From Octopus sinensis (taxonomy: Eukaryota), in NCBI RefSeq assembly GCF_006345805.1, contig NC_042999.1, positions 8,804,001 to 8,868,000 on the forward strand: a stretch of DNA of 64,000 bases, given 5' to 3'. Each line of letters opens with the position of its first letter. Position 1 is the stretch's first letter. Under the pieces are notes generated by a model. The model worked only from the letters and a program-made list of their open reading frames with translations, was not told the DNA's origin and ran no database searches. Of the stretch, positions 51,027-64,000 are shown one piece after another. The position numbers and the translations under genes were made by a program.

Positions 51027-51152
51027 GTACATGCACAAAATATTAAAAAGACTATACGTGTATGTGTTTGTGTTTGTGTGTGTGTGTGTGTGTGTATACA
51101 AATCATACGAGTAAGATCATGTGGAAAATAGAAGACTAATAAATAATACAGT

Positions 51153-51472
51153 GAGGGCGCGTGGCTTAGTGGTTAGGGCGTTCGGCTCATGATCGTAAGG
51201 TTGTGAGTTCGATTCCCGGCGACGCGTTGTGTCCTTGAGCAAGACACTTTATTTCACGTTGCTCCAGTCCACTCAGCTGGCAAAAATGAGTTGTACTTGT
51301 ATTTCAAAGGGTCAGCCTTGTCGCTCTCTGTGTCACGCTGATTATCCCCGAGAACTACGTTAAGGGTACACGTGTCTGTGGAATGCTCAGCCACTTGCAC
51401 GTTAATTTCACGAGCAAGCTGTTCCGTTGATCGTATCAGCTGGGACCCTCGTCGTCGTAACCGGCGGAGTCT
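51153..51472 (+). mobile_element. SINE family A, head A2 (CORE-like TGTGTCCTTGAGCAAGACACTT)
   Basis: tRNA-like head GGCTTAGTGGTTAGG...GAGTTCGATTCCC; the 3' half is shared with A1. Confidence 0.85.
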
Positions 51473-51731
51473 TTTAATAAATAATACACGAACGATTTAA
51501 AAAGCGTAGAAATATGAAGTGAAAGAACAAAAATCCAAGATTTATTCAAGAAGGATAAATACACCGAAGGAAGAAAGAAAAACAAAAAAAAAACATGACA
51601 TTTCAGATAACTTTTATCCGTGAGAAGCAATATAAAAGTGAAGAGAAGAGAAAAATATGCGAGATCCCGAATGGAAGTTGTCTGTTTATATACCAAGGAT
51701 ACGGTAACAGTTAATGAGTAATAAAATGGAT

Positions 51732-52108
51732 GGAGGCGCAATGGCCCAGTGGTTAGGGCAGCGGACTCGCGGTCATAGGATCGCGGTTTCGATTCCCAGA
51801 CCGGGCGTTGTGAGTGTTTATTGAGCGAGAGCACCTAAAAGCTCCACGAGGCTCCGGCAGGGGATGGTGGTGATCCCTGCTGTACTCTTTCACCACAACT
51901 TTCTCTCACTCTTACTTCCTGTTTCTGTTGTATTTCAAAGGGCCGGCCTTGTCACTCTCTGTGTCACGCTGAATATCCCCGAGAACTACGTTAAGGGTGC
52001 ACGTGTCTGTGGAGTGCTCAGCCACTTACACGTTAATTTCACGAGCAGGCTGTTCCGTTGATTCGGATCAACCGGAACCCTCGTCGGCGTAACCGACGGA
52101 GTGCTTCC
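51732..52108 (+). mobile_element. SINE family A (A1), full length
   Basis: GGAGGCGCAATGGCCCAGTGGTTAGG...TTTCGATTCCC head; ends ...CGACGGAGTGCTTCC. Confidence 0.9.
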
Positions 52109-52561
52109 TTTAATAAAATGGATATAAAACGAAAAGAAAATTATAAATACTGCAAAAGGAACCAGAAAGACGACTACAAATATAAACAGCACTCCAGGCA
52201 ATTCCTCCCCTAACTATCAAAGAATTCAACAACCCACCCCTGCGGGCGGGTTCGATTTCCAGGCGTATTAATGCCCTTTTTTACCTTTAAGGGATTTTAT
52301 TTGTCCTAATATTAGACTATCTAATATTCAGTGAAGTCTTATAAATCTAATTAGAAAATCTTTATAACAGGTGAGAGCTGTGACTATTCTGAGAAGTAAT
52401 GTTTATCGCCACTTAAACGTGGCGGATCAGTAGGAACCGACGTTACTGCTATTTTCTTAACCCCAGGAGGACGCCTCCTGCAGCTGGTTATTCGACGAAA
52501 TATGCATTCGATATATATTGCACACAGCGGAGTAAACCCACACCATCTAACCACGAGACCG

Positions 52562-52604
52562 CCAGACCGTATGGTTTCGACCTCTTTGTGGTCTTCCTCG
52601 GTGG
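52562..52604 (-). ncRNA. Degenerate hammerhead motif, retrozyme-like family
   Basis: Minus strand: CCA-CCGAGGA-A-GACC.ACAAAGA.GGTC-GAAA-CC.ATAC.GG-TC-TGG; the core has U4C and an extra A. Confidence 0.4.
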
Positions 52605-52999
52605 TTGATAGTCGCCCGCTAGAGATAGCCGTAGTATAGTTTCTTCTCTTATAATTAACAGAGATTTTCTAACTAGCTAATTTACTTGTTGCAGGATCAG
52701 TGACTGTGTATTGCTTGGTTTTCTATACATTGAGAACTGGAGTGAAATACTTTAGATTTGGATTTAAATAGACAGACCTTTCGTCTCTCTCGACATTGAA
52801 AATAGCTGTAATTCTGTTTTCGCCGCAACACAGGCATAGATTTATATATGTATGATTATATTTGTTTTGTAGAAAAAATCTAGTCATTAAATAACTTTCA
52901 TTGATAGTTTTAGTATAAGATAATACAGACTGCTTCAAAAATCTATTTATACGTATACGTACGCACACACACACACACACAAAGTTTTGACATGAAGTT

Positions 53000-53420
53000 A
53001 TAAAAAAAACCAGTCCGGTGATGGGCTAAATGTTTGAAACTTTGAAGCCATGTGAATACTATTTTCCAGAGTCGGAGGCCAGAGGCATATTGGTGAGGAT
53101 AAAGTGGGTGGGAGCCATCGGTGGCAGATATGGGAGAGTGTTCAGTAGAAAGAAGGAGTAAGAGATGATGTTGAAAGTACGGGAAGGATGAAAATGGAAG
53201 TGGTTCCAATGAGAGGGAGAACTGGAAGGAAAACCTAGAGGTGGAACATTTGTTCTTCTCTGCATCAGGGAATTGGAAATCGCTAGCGCTAAACTTGGTA
53301 ACTTGGGTAATGCTTGGAAATGATTGAAATGCTGATGAATTTTGAAGATGATACGTATATTGTCTTGATAAATTGTTGAATTCACGGCAGATAAGGATCG
53401 AGTCAGTCATTCTAATTCTA
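53000..53420 (-). mobile_element. Possible degenerate LINE AP-endonuclease fragment
   Basis: SILICREFNN, QHHLLLL and SGLRLWKI loosely parallel the IxGDFN, SDH and WK motifs; weak. Confidence 0.3.
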
Positions 53421-55630
53421 TAACCACTGAAGATGCTTGTCGTAAGACGACATGACATAACAGAGTACCAAGTCGACCTTTGAAGATCGTTGACATTCCT
53501 GCCTTTATTAAACCTGCTTGATTAAGACAGATTTCCATTTCACAAGGATTCCCAAATCCTCTTTCATATCAATCAAGCTGCGTATGTGTTGTGTGTGTGT
53601 GTGTGTGTGTGTGTGTTGTGCCAATATTTGATGTTTGTTCGTGCAAAACATGGAATTACACAGAATATAGGATTTGAATAAACAAGTGTAAAGGAATATA
53701 CATTTACATAGAACTTTGAACACTTTTCATTTCCAGTGATGACCGAACCCTTATTTTTCCCATCCTACTTCCTAAAATTGACATTTTGAAAGGTCACCTA
53801 GCCCTTGTGAGAAAATATGTTTATTGACAAATATGTTGATAGGTATACAATGAAAAGGGAAAGAGGAGGAAGAGAAAAAAGAAGAAAAAAAGAAAAATGC
53901 TTTGTAATGAAATTTCAATGAGTTGACCATATCAAACTGAAAAGAAACCTCTCTACCTATCTATCTATCCGTTCCCCCTCCTTTATTTTTCTTCCTCTTT
54001 CTTGAGTGTCCTGAAACATATCCCCCCCCTCTCTCTCTCTCTCTATTTCTTCCTCCACTTTGCTTTTCTTCCTTCCTGAGAATTTCAGCCAAGAGTTGAA
54101 TTTCAGTGACAGGCTGTATGTAAAATCACTTTAACACGTTATTGTTTCTTTCTCTTCCTTTTTCGAATATATTTGTTGGAACTCATGTAAGACTTCAGAA
54201 AACATTAGCGCGAGAAAAAATTGTCAGCGGCATCGTAGGAAATGTGAGCAACTATTTCTTTATAAATCTTTTAAAGATATGGCTACGAGCTGACAAAATC
54301 GTCAGCACTCCAGATAAAATGCTTAGCGCCATTTGGTCCGTCTTTACGTTCTGTGTTCAAATTCCACCGAAGTTATCTTTGTCGTTCCTTCTTTCGGGGT
54401 CAATGAAATAAATACGAGTAAAGTACTGCGGTCGGTGTAATCGACTTAGCCCCTCACCGGAAATTGCTGACCTTGTGCTAAAATTCGAAACTAATAATCC
54501 CTTAAAGATAAAGCGGCGAGCTGGTTGAATTGTTAGCACTCCGGGGGAAATGCATAGCATCATTTCGTCCGTCTTTACGTTCTGAGTTCAAATTCCGCTG
54601 AGGTTCACTTTGTCTTTCATCCTTTCGGGGTCGATGTAATTCTGCTGCCCTTGTGTCTAAATTTAAAACCAAATTATCTCTTAACGATAGCATGATATAA
54701 TGTGGCAGATATTGTTGGTTTTACTGCTCAATTGGGATGGCCATAGAAATGCTTGTTTTTATGAGATTTTTTCCTCATCATTAACTTACGTTGTTCAATA
54801 ATGTGTAGTTTTCACCGTTGGTTTAAGAGGCGAGTTGGAAATCGAATTAAATTTCCTGAGATAGTTTTGTTGCTGAAGTGATAAATGGCTTATTACCTTT
54901 TGTGCTACCATACTCAACGTCAACGTGTTGTTGGCCTTATTACGAGTAGAAAAGGTAGTAATAAACATGATTAATTAACCGCTTTCTTAAATTACTTCTT
55001 CACACTGAAGTGGTAGTCCACCATTACTTTTCCTTCTCCTGATGTAATTACGTGGGGTTCTTTTAGTAGATTTCTGCTCTACTCCAATCCAATTCTGCAG
55101 ACCCATATGTTATCGTTATCGCTGCGAATGTGTTATTGACACAGATAGTAGTCCTGCTTTTAAAATGAATTTATAAATACGTTGACTTAAGATATTCCTT
55201 TCTTCTCATTCCTTTTACTACATATTTCACGCATAGGTTTTAACTTCAGCTTTAATTAAGTGTATAAGGGAAACTAGAATTGTTCACAGCTAGTGTTATC
55301 TCCTCTCACCGACATAAATTATTTGCTTGCCTGTTGGTTATTGTCATCTCATACTCTTTCCTGTGTAAAATACATCATGATATCTTTGCTAAATACGTTA
55401 ACGGAATTGAGAAAAGTTTCGCGTCGAGGGCAGCATATGGTATTGTATTTATTATTATTATTATTATTATTATCATTATTATTATTATATTATTATTATT
55501 ATTATTATTGAGTGAGAGAGCAGTTCATGCCATCAAAGTGACACTGGGGTAAAATATACTAAGCCCAATATACCCATCATGACTACCCGTCTGATAAAGG
55601 TACACCAGGCACATGCATCACATGCATCAA

Positions 55631-55706
<76 letters not shown>

Positions 55707-55707
55707 T

Positions 55708-55930
55708 AATCATTGCCTTTGCACAGCTTCTAACGCTGGAGATATATTACAGTCTGAGCTGTTCACTACCAGTGAACTAAGGTAACACCTCTTATTTTTT
55801 GAGCACCTTCCGGAGTATTCGAGCGGTTCCAAGCTGTGCTGTTTTCTACAAGTGCTCCATCCTTATTACAGCCCCTATTTGTTTCACGTACTTCCCAAGA
55901 TTTTTACTCACTGTTCCCAGGGCCCCGACA
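55708..55930 (-). mobile_element. R4/Dong-like 3' fragment (further lineage)
   Basis: VGALGTVSKNLGKYVKQIGAVIRMEHL*KTAQLGTARILRKVLKK* plus 3' UTR ending at (TAT)n 55632-55707. Confidence 0.75.
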
Positions 55931-56399
55931 AATTAAAATGCCTTTGGGATTACATAGTCAATATTTTTCGTAGGATATGAGCAGTTCTTATGAGCATTAT
56001 TCATCAGTCTTATTTTTGTCATGTACTTTCACTGCACTACTTCTCAGTAGTTAGAGCGGAGGGGTCAGATAAGATACGGCTAAGGAAACCATTTTATTCT
56101 CAAAAGCAGGATGGTGCTAACAATATCTGTATCTTTCAATACATCTCAACGCTTCCAAAGCAAACTTTGTTTACTTTCAACGTAAGTTGCATTTAACATA
56201 CGATAACATCATATAAAGCTAGATTTATATATCCTACTTTTGCAGGAGAATTTGTCGTTGAAGCAGTTTGGCTTAATCATGAGGCGTAATCACAGGGATG
56301 TGAGTTCGAGTTACATGGCTGGCCGCCGACACATTTTTCTGCAAAATATAGATAGTTTATGCTGTTCATGCTATATTATTACCATTTTCCTGTGTTTAA

Positions 56400-56820
56400 C
56401 AATAAAATTATATCCACAGTTGGGTTTTCCGCATTTTTTACTGACGGCTTCAGTGTTGTTGTGTTAGGAAACTTTTCATAGATTTGTGCTGTCTCTTGCT
56501 TTTTATGATGGTGTGTGTTTGTAGGATTAAGTTCATTCTGTGGTCCTTTTTCTGCAGGGGAATGTTTTGAAGGATGGTATCGAAGGCATCATTGTTAAGA
56601 GGGTTGTGTGTGGAGATGTATGGTAGGGCTTTTCGTTGTAAATCCCTTTAATTTGGGATATCTGAGTTCGTAGAAGTTGATTTGTAGGGCACGTTGAATG
56701 CATATGTCAATTAGTGAAGGTGGGTAGTTCCTTGTGATGAGTGTATCCTTTATTTCATGTAGTCGTGTGTCCCTGGTGCTTGCATTAGAAACTATAATAC
56801 AGATCCTTTTTGCTAGGTTT
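56400..56820 (-). mobile_element. PLE fragment (paralog of 59400-59790)
   Basis: RDTRLHEIKDTLITRNYPPSLIDICIQRA...LPYISTHNP, the thumb-linker region. Confidence 0.8.
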
Positions 56821-57946
56821 GGTCGGCGCGAGGCTCTAGTAGAAGACTCTTACCCAAGGTGTCACGCAGTGGAACTGAACCCGGAACGATGTGGTTGGTA
56901 TGCAAGCTACTTACTACACCGCCACTCCTGCGCCGATAAATATATACATAGTTAAGCGTGTGTAAATTGTGTGTTTATATGTATATGTATGAGTGGGTGT
57001 ATAATGAAAACATTCCCTGTTGATCGTCCTGGAATTATATCAGAAAAATATCTAACTGTTGAGGTGAGGAGGTCTATTTTTAATTATATTCTAGTCATTT
57101 CACACTGAAAAGGGATTTTATACTATTTATAAATTCCCATTTTAATCCAGAGTATAATTAAATGCCAAATATATATTTATGGCAAAAATGATTCCAACGC
57201 CAATTTAATGAAAAAGCTATTTCAGGCAAAGAATCGTGCTTAATTATTTCCAAAATTATCGCTCCTTATTCAGTTCTTTCTTCTGATAGCGAAGGCGAAG
57301 TAGAATTTGCTATGAATATATTTCAATTGAGCCAAGATATCCAGATAGAATTATGAAGCCAGCCTGCAGTTTCTCAAAGATTGTCTTTCTGAGAGGAAGG
57401 AAATCTCAGATAACTAATTCTGATTACATGGAATGCGAATGCTGTCAAATTAATTTGAAATTCAATATGACATAACGGTTATTTCGAAATCCTTTTCTTA
57501 AAATTAACTATTATATTGCAACTTTAGATTTCTAGAAGATTACCAGTATTAGCGGAATATTTCCAATAAAGTTAGCGACAAGTTTCCTCAGAAGAAAGCA
57601 CACGCAAACTCACACATGTGTGAAGGTATATATATACATATATATAAATACATAAATATATATAAGTATGTATGTATGTATACATACAAACAAACACACA
57701 CACATATATATATATATATATTTGTTTGTTTTTGTTTTTGTTTTTCCAGTTTCAGCTCTTGAGCTGTGGCCATGCTGGGGCACCGCCATTGTGGTGAATG
57801 AGTACAGCAGGGATCACCACCCCCTGCCGGAGCCTCGTAGAGCTTTTTTAGGTGTTTTCGCTCAATAAACACACACAACGCCCAGTCTGAGAATCGAAAC
57901 CGCGATCCTGCGACCGCGAGTCGCTGCCCTAACCACTAGGCCATTG

Positions 57947-58196
<250 letters not shown>

Positions 58197-58207
58197 ATAT
58201 ATATATA

Positions 58208-59787
58208 TGAAAAAACAAGTAAAAAATAGAAAATGCTAAAATAATTTTATAGTGAACATTTCAGTACCGGTTTCGGTCATTTTGAGACCTTTTCAACTGT
58301 AACGATTAAATAATTAATTTAGAAAAATTAGAAGAAAAGTTTTTTAAAAGAATATTTCTATAGTAGTGTTCAGATTTAAGTGGCATTCTGCCTTTCTCTG
58401 ACTCCCTTGTTTGCACTTGTGTGTTCGAGGTAGTTGTGAGTTCTTGGTAAGGTAGTAGAGGGAAGGCTGGTGAGGAAAGGGGGGTGGGAGTATCTGGGAG
58501 TGCCCTGATGGTCGTATTTTGAATGGTCAGTGGCGGCTGGCAGTCTCAGTTCAATTCAGGAGAATATTTATATTGACAGGCTTGTTTATAGAATTAGCGT
58601 AGGTGTTATACTAAAAAACATTAGTGACAAACTTAAGGGGTAGGGGGTGGAGAGAAGAAGAAGAAGAAGAAGAAGAAGAAGAAGAGAAGAGAAGGAGAAG
58701 AAGAAGATGATGGTGATGATGATTATGACGACGATGATGATGATAACGATGATGATGAAGAAGAAGAAGAAGAGGAAGGAGGAGAAGGAGAAGATGGTGG
58801 TGATGATGGTGGCGATGATGATGACGCCGATGATGATGATAACGATGATGATGAAGAAGAAGAGGAAGAAGAAGAAGAAGAAAGAAACAGAGAAGGGAGA
58901 ATATGAATGGGTGTAAATATAGCTATGAAGGGGCTGATTAGTAATGGATTCTATGGAGTGTAGTATTGTGTGTGTATATATATTTTTCTTTTATTCTAAA
59001 GTTGAGGTATATTAATTGTTTGTCGTAGACCCGTTAAGAAGTGGCTTGTATTTGTAATAAAGAGATTTTCTTTACTTATTCTTTGTCTCGAGGTTGTATC
59101 GTCCCTAAATTGGTAGAGGGGGAAAATTCTGAAGTTTGGTGTTTTTTGTTGGCGCAAGTATCTATGTGTTGGCTAAAAGCTATTTTTCTGTTTTGGGGAA
59201 TTTTATCTGGGATCTGTGCAGGGCCATTCGTTTACGCAAACCATTTTTTGTTTGGCCTATGTACTGCTCTTGACACCCGGAGCAGGTTAGTGAGTATATT
59301 AGGTTCTCCGAAGCACATGTGAAGTTGCTTTTCACTGAAAACCGTTGTCCCTGTTTGAAGGAGAAGAATCAGAACCCTCGATTAGATAGTCGCATATCCC
59401 GCAATTGGGTCTTCCACATTTTTTTACTGTCGGCTTCTGTGTTGAAGAGTGAATTCGGGCTTGTGTAAGGAGACTTTTCATGGATCTAGGGGCTGTTTTG
59501 CTTTTTATGATCGTGTGTGTTGGAGGATTGTGTTCATTCTGTGGTCTTTTTTTAGGAGGGGTATGTTGTGGAGGATGGTGTCGAAGGCTTCGTTATTGAG
59601 GGGGTTGTGTGTGGAGATGTATGGTAAGGCTTTTGGTTGTAAGTTTTTCTTTGATTTGGGATGTCTCAGTTCCTTGATGTTAAGTTGAAGGGCACGTTGA
59701 ATGCACTTGTCAATAAGTGAAGGTGGATAGTTCCTGGTGATTAGGGTATCTTTTAGTTCTTGTAGTCGTGTGTCTCTGGTGTTTGCG

Positions 59788-59790
<3 letters not shown>
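58208..59790 (-). mobile_element. Penelope-like element 3' portion: RT thumb/linker, GIY-YIG endonuclease, 3' UTR and pLTR
   Basis: RLQELKDTLITRNYPPSLID...KKCGRPNCGICDY...LIYSLTCSGCQEQYIGQTKNGLRKRMALHRSQI...KYKPLLN (stop at 59012-59014, frameshifted); pLTR 58208-58420 is homologous to 13765-14040. Confidence 0.88.
58262..58299 (-). ncRNA. Minimal type I hammerhead with U3-A8 core variant
   Basis: Minus strand: CAG-TTGAAAA-GGTC.TCAAAAT.GACC-GAAA-CCGG-TA-CTG; palindromic ACCGGT; sense to the PLE ORF. Confidence 0.65.
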
Positions 59791-59858
<68 letters not shown>

Positions 59859-60209
59859 CATATGTAAGATTTATATAACACGGAAATAGAACAGCAAGAG
59901 CTTTAATAGCAAATCACAACATTTGTTTCTGCACTGGACACCAACTTTATGTTGCAGAGCTTACATTTATGTACTATTGTATAATATTATTCTTTAGAAT
60001 AACTAAATAAATAAATGATTCAGCGACAGCTGTGTGCTGGTGCTTCCTCAGGTGGAATGCGTTTAAGCACTGTCGAATGTCTTTTGAGTCTTCTCAGGTA
60101 TACCATACCCATTACTTTCCACTAATCAGTTCGTTAGATTCTGGGCAACACAAATTGTTGGAGTGACATAAAAGTGTTACAATGTGAGGTTATCACACAG
60201 ATTATATTA

Positions 60210-60250
<41 letters not shown>

Positions 60251-61616
60251 GTACATACGACGATCTACTTTCAGTTTCCGTCTACCAAATCCATTCATAA
60301 GGCTTTGGTCGTCCCAAGAATATAGTAGAAAACACTTACCCAACGTGCCACACAATGGGACTGAACCGGGAACCATATGGTTGGAAAGTAAGCTTCTTAC
60401 CACACAGCCACATCGGTGTCTATAGTGATAAATCTTTGATTAAAATCAACATATGAAAAAACACCGCTTTTCCTATTCAGTGAATAATAACATCTTCTGC
60501 CGTTCGTTGTTTTACAGTTTGTGAGTAGGTTGTGATGCATATTTGTGTTTTATTTTGTAAATCCCACAATAATTACAGTAATTATTGTAATCTACTCAAA
60601 AATAAGAAGCGGTCCCTTGGTGGCGAGCAGCTGTTACGTGAAGAGTTAAGTCTTTATTTTCGTCACTCCCCTTGCAGCACAGAGGCTCCATGTTTATATG
60701 CATTGAATATTTTCTTTGCTATTTTTATGGTCATTTTTATATGATATACATGATTTTAGGCGGCAAAATATATTTATTATAATTAAAATTTGCTAGATTT
60801 AACAGTTATATGTCTGCATTAATTTAAACCGATGTTGGAGGCGAAAAATTAATGTCTTATTAATGTGACTTGTTTTTCCGTTGATTTACATTTAGCTCGT
60901 TTAAATAATACTGGGTAACACAAGTTTTGCTTCTCCAAATGTTTTCAGTGTTTCTAGAGTAATTTGTTTTCTCCTGATTTCAAATCTACCTTGGAAATTG
61001 CATAGTATCGATATTTTAGGAGATAAGTGTGGTTTTCTAGAGAATGGGAACAACATTTATCTGCGCTAGTGCATTATTCAACGTATTCTCATTGTACATT
61101 AATAGGAACTGAAAATATTTTGTCCGAATATTTACTTTTAAGCTAATGAGAAATGTAAGCAAACCTATGATGAGATTTTAAGATTTTACTAGAAATCCAC
61201 CGAATATCGTGCTCTGCTACGCTGAGCGCCTATATCTGTACGCACCATAGTCCCCCATCTTTGAAGTGTTCCATCTTCTTTGGTATTCAGATAGAATCTC
61301 TCACCATGTTCCTCACTCACTTGACCAAAGTTTTCACGGAAAAAGTCAAAATGCGAATGCAAAAAGTGTACATTTTAATGACATTCTACGGCCTAAATTC
61401 TTATAACTCTCAAAATGTTTTGCTACGAGCTGCTTGCAGTTTGGGTCTTTGTTATTAGCAAAGAATCCATGTATGTATGTATGTATTTATGTGTGTATAT
61501 ACCTGTCTGTCGACAGTTAGCACATAGATCAATTTCACGTACCTTATTCACTACTATCCGATGAATGACATCCGATATCTTTTAACAATTAACTCATTCC
61601 GTTTCTCACAGTTTTA

Positions 61617-61617
61617 A

Positions 61618-61671
<54 letters not shown>

Positions 61672-61704
61672 TAATAATAATGATAATAATAATAATAATA
61701 TAAT

Positions 61705-61748
<44 letters not shown>

Positions 61749-61770
61749 TAATAATAATAATAATAGTAAT

Positions 61771-61862
<92 letters not shown>

Positions 61863-61886
61863 GATAATAATAATAATAATAGTAAT

Positions 61887-61940
<54 letters not shown>

Positions 61941-61960
61941 GACAACAACAATAATAATAC
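61617..61960. repeat. (AAT)n microsatellite, ~340 bp
   Basis: Visible, with recurring variant blocks. Confidence 0.95.
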
Positions 61961-62043
61961 GAATTGTAAACTTTTCCTGCTTTGTTACTTGACTTTGGTT
62001 TTGTATTTGCTATTTTTTCACCACAGGTATATCATACATACAT

Positions 62044-62075
<32 letters not shown>

Positions 62076-62179
62076 GGGAGATCAATAGAACGATTGACCG
62101 ATCGATAGATAGATAGATAGACAGAGAGACAGACAGATAGATAGGTAGACATAGAGACAGATAGGTAGATAGATAGATG

Positions 62180-62271
<92 letters not shown>

Positions 62272-63172
62272 TATGTTATAGCTTGCCATCTGATGTCTGA
62301 TGTATTTTTGCCTTTATAAATATATGTTCGTATAATATCGAAAGAAAAAACAAGTAAAAAAAACCTCTTTGATTAAAAACGTTTATCTTGCCTTTGTTTC
62401 CATAGAAACTATAATTAGGTTTTCCTGCTTCTTGACCGGCGATGTCGTCTGCTAACAGATTTAAACTACTTCATTTACGATATTGTTTAGCATTGAAGTT
62501 AAGTCGCTTTCGTCCACCTCACTCGGTAAAAGCAATGCCGTTTAAAAATAACCTCAAACTCTTACAACGAGAAGCATTTCTTTAAGCTCTTGAATTACAA
62601 GATAACCATTATAAGGTTAGCTACAAGTCGATTTCCGAGCTAGTTTGACAAGGAACTCAGTTCGATATTCAACTCTACCGTAAAATTTCTGAAGTGCAAC
62701 GTTCATTGGCGAATTAAAGTGCAAACAGTAAAATACCACCTTCAATCAATGAGTTGAAATAGTTCTGTAAACGAACTAATATAGACCATAAAATAGCTAA
62801 TATTTGCGCTCGCCTATAAATTTCAGACTCATTAAGTTTTTCATATTAGTAGAATGTCAGTGCTTTTGTTAAGTGCAGAATATAGATAAAAATACAAAGT
62901 AATTCCGATATTGAAGTAAGTGTTGTGTGCCTTAAAGAATGTTTGTGTGACATTAAGCTTTTCAAAGTCAACACTTTTTGAACTGGCGAACAAGAGAGAA
63001 GCTGCCGGTGAGTGAAGACAAGCAGAACGTTACTGAAAAAGAAAATAAATAAATGGAGAAAATAGAGATGAAAAATGATTGAGAAAAAGTTGTTAAAAAG
63101 CTGCTTGGTAATGGCTTAACGCTTAGAGTCCTCAAATTCGAATGACGTCAAGTTTTCAGATTTATTTTATTA

Positions 63173-63565
63173 CTAGCAGTATTGCCCGGCGTTGCTCGGG
63201 TTTGTTTCGACCCTTTAGAATTGGAATTTTTGAAAAGTAAAAATTTTGCATTATGTAGCGTGTTATTTTCTTTAAGTGAACATTTTTCTGGTTGAAATAC
63301 ACCGAAAAATGGAGACACAGCAGTCAAAAATCGTAAAAAATAGGGATTTTCATAGAAAAAAAAAGCACCTTTTTGATGTAGATAAGTTTTGGTGTTAACA
63401 TGGTCCGATTTGAAATGTTTCTTCTACGGAATGAAGAGCAAGCCTTTTTCTATCATACTCTCAATTTTAGTCAACTTGCGCCGCAGGGTCTCGGAGGAGA
63501 TAGTGTTAGTTGAAGGCTACCAAACCTGCCATACACAGACAACTTCAGCTTTATATAGAGAGAGA
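63173..63565 (-). mobile_element. Non-autonomous Helitron (~393 bp)
   Basis: On minus: A|TCTCTCTCTATATAAAGCTGAAG ... CCCGAGCAACGCCGGG ... CTAG|T. Confidence 0.85.
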
Positions 63566-64000
63566 TTTCTCTTACAACTTGACCATGAAGTAAAATAGTT
63601 TGTTTCAGCATATCCCCACTAGTCCTGCTTCAGAGTAGTCTTTCACCATTTTATCTTCCGAGATCACGAAATATTTTCTTGGCTCGCTCTGAAAAATATA
63701 AGTTGAGTATACACCCCGCTACACACACACACAAAGACTTGCATACACATACTTTTAACGTTCTGGCTTCGTGTCTCATAACAAGAACTAATATATTTTG
63801 TCCATTTTAAGTGTTATGACGGCATCTATTGAGAAAAGTATTGATTCTGATAGATTTGTTTAGTTCCATACATTGATTAAAATGAAAATATTGTCACGCT
63901 CAAATTAACGTTCATTTCTACAGCGATGGTTAGATATGGGCCTCTAATATTTCTTTCTACTATAGGCACAAGCCCTGAAATCTGGTGGAAGGAGTCTAGT

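Noticed and set aside
51732-51805. SINE heads as tRNA genes
   Set aside because: A/B boxes are present but there is no acceptor-stem pairing or Pol III terminator, and they continue into repeated SINE bodies.
60015-60058. Minus-strand CTGAGGA-AGC...GCT-GAA hammerhead-like motif
   Set aside because: Lacks GAAA, helix III and a helix I partner.

Overview
This is AT-rich eukaryotic genomic DNA dominated by repeats, with a 100-N gap at 3021-3120. The SINE families and microsatellite load look like a coleoid cephalopod (Octopus-like); this is inference from recall, not a database result. I recognise no complete host protein-coding gene, rRNA, true tRNA or CRISPR array. Nearly all ORFs in the track are microsatellite read-throughs or retrotransposon remnants. 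Contents: three tRNA-derived SINE families; LINE fragments (CR1/L2-like, RTE, R4/Dong-like, HERO-like); Penelope-like elements (PLEs); three complete ~393-bp non-autonomous Helitrons; and mariner remnants and MITEs. The most striking signal is about ten type I hammerhead ribozyme motifs from about six repeat families, found by manual folding. They include compensatory U3-A8 and G3-C8 core variants, several sit in long fold-back duplications, and one family is an ORF-less, retrozyme-like element. Other observations: several R4/Dong-like lineages occupy (TAA)n arrays, there is a candidate 5-nt microexon at 19200-19204 (-), and a GC3-rich coding-like segment lies at 22.2-22.9 kb (-). Coordinates were read by hand and degenerate element boundaries are approximate.
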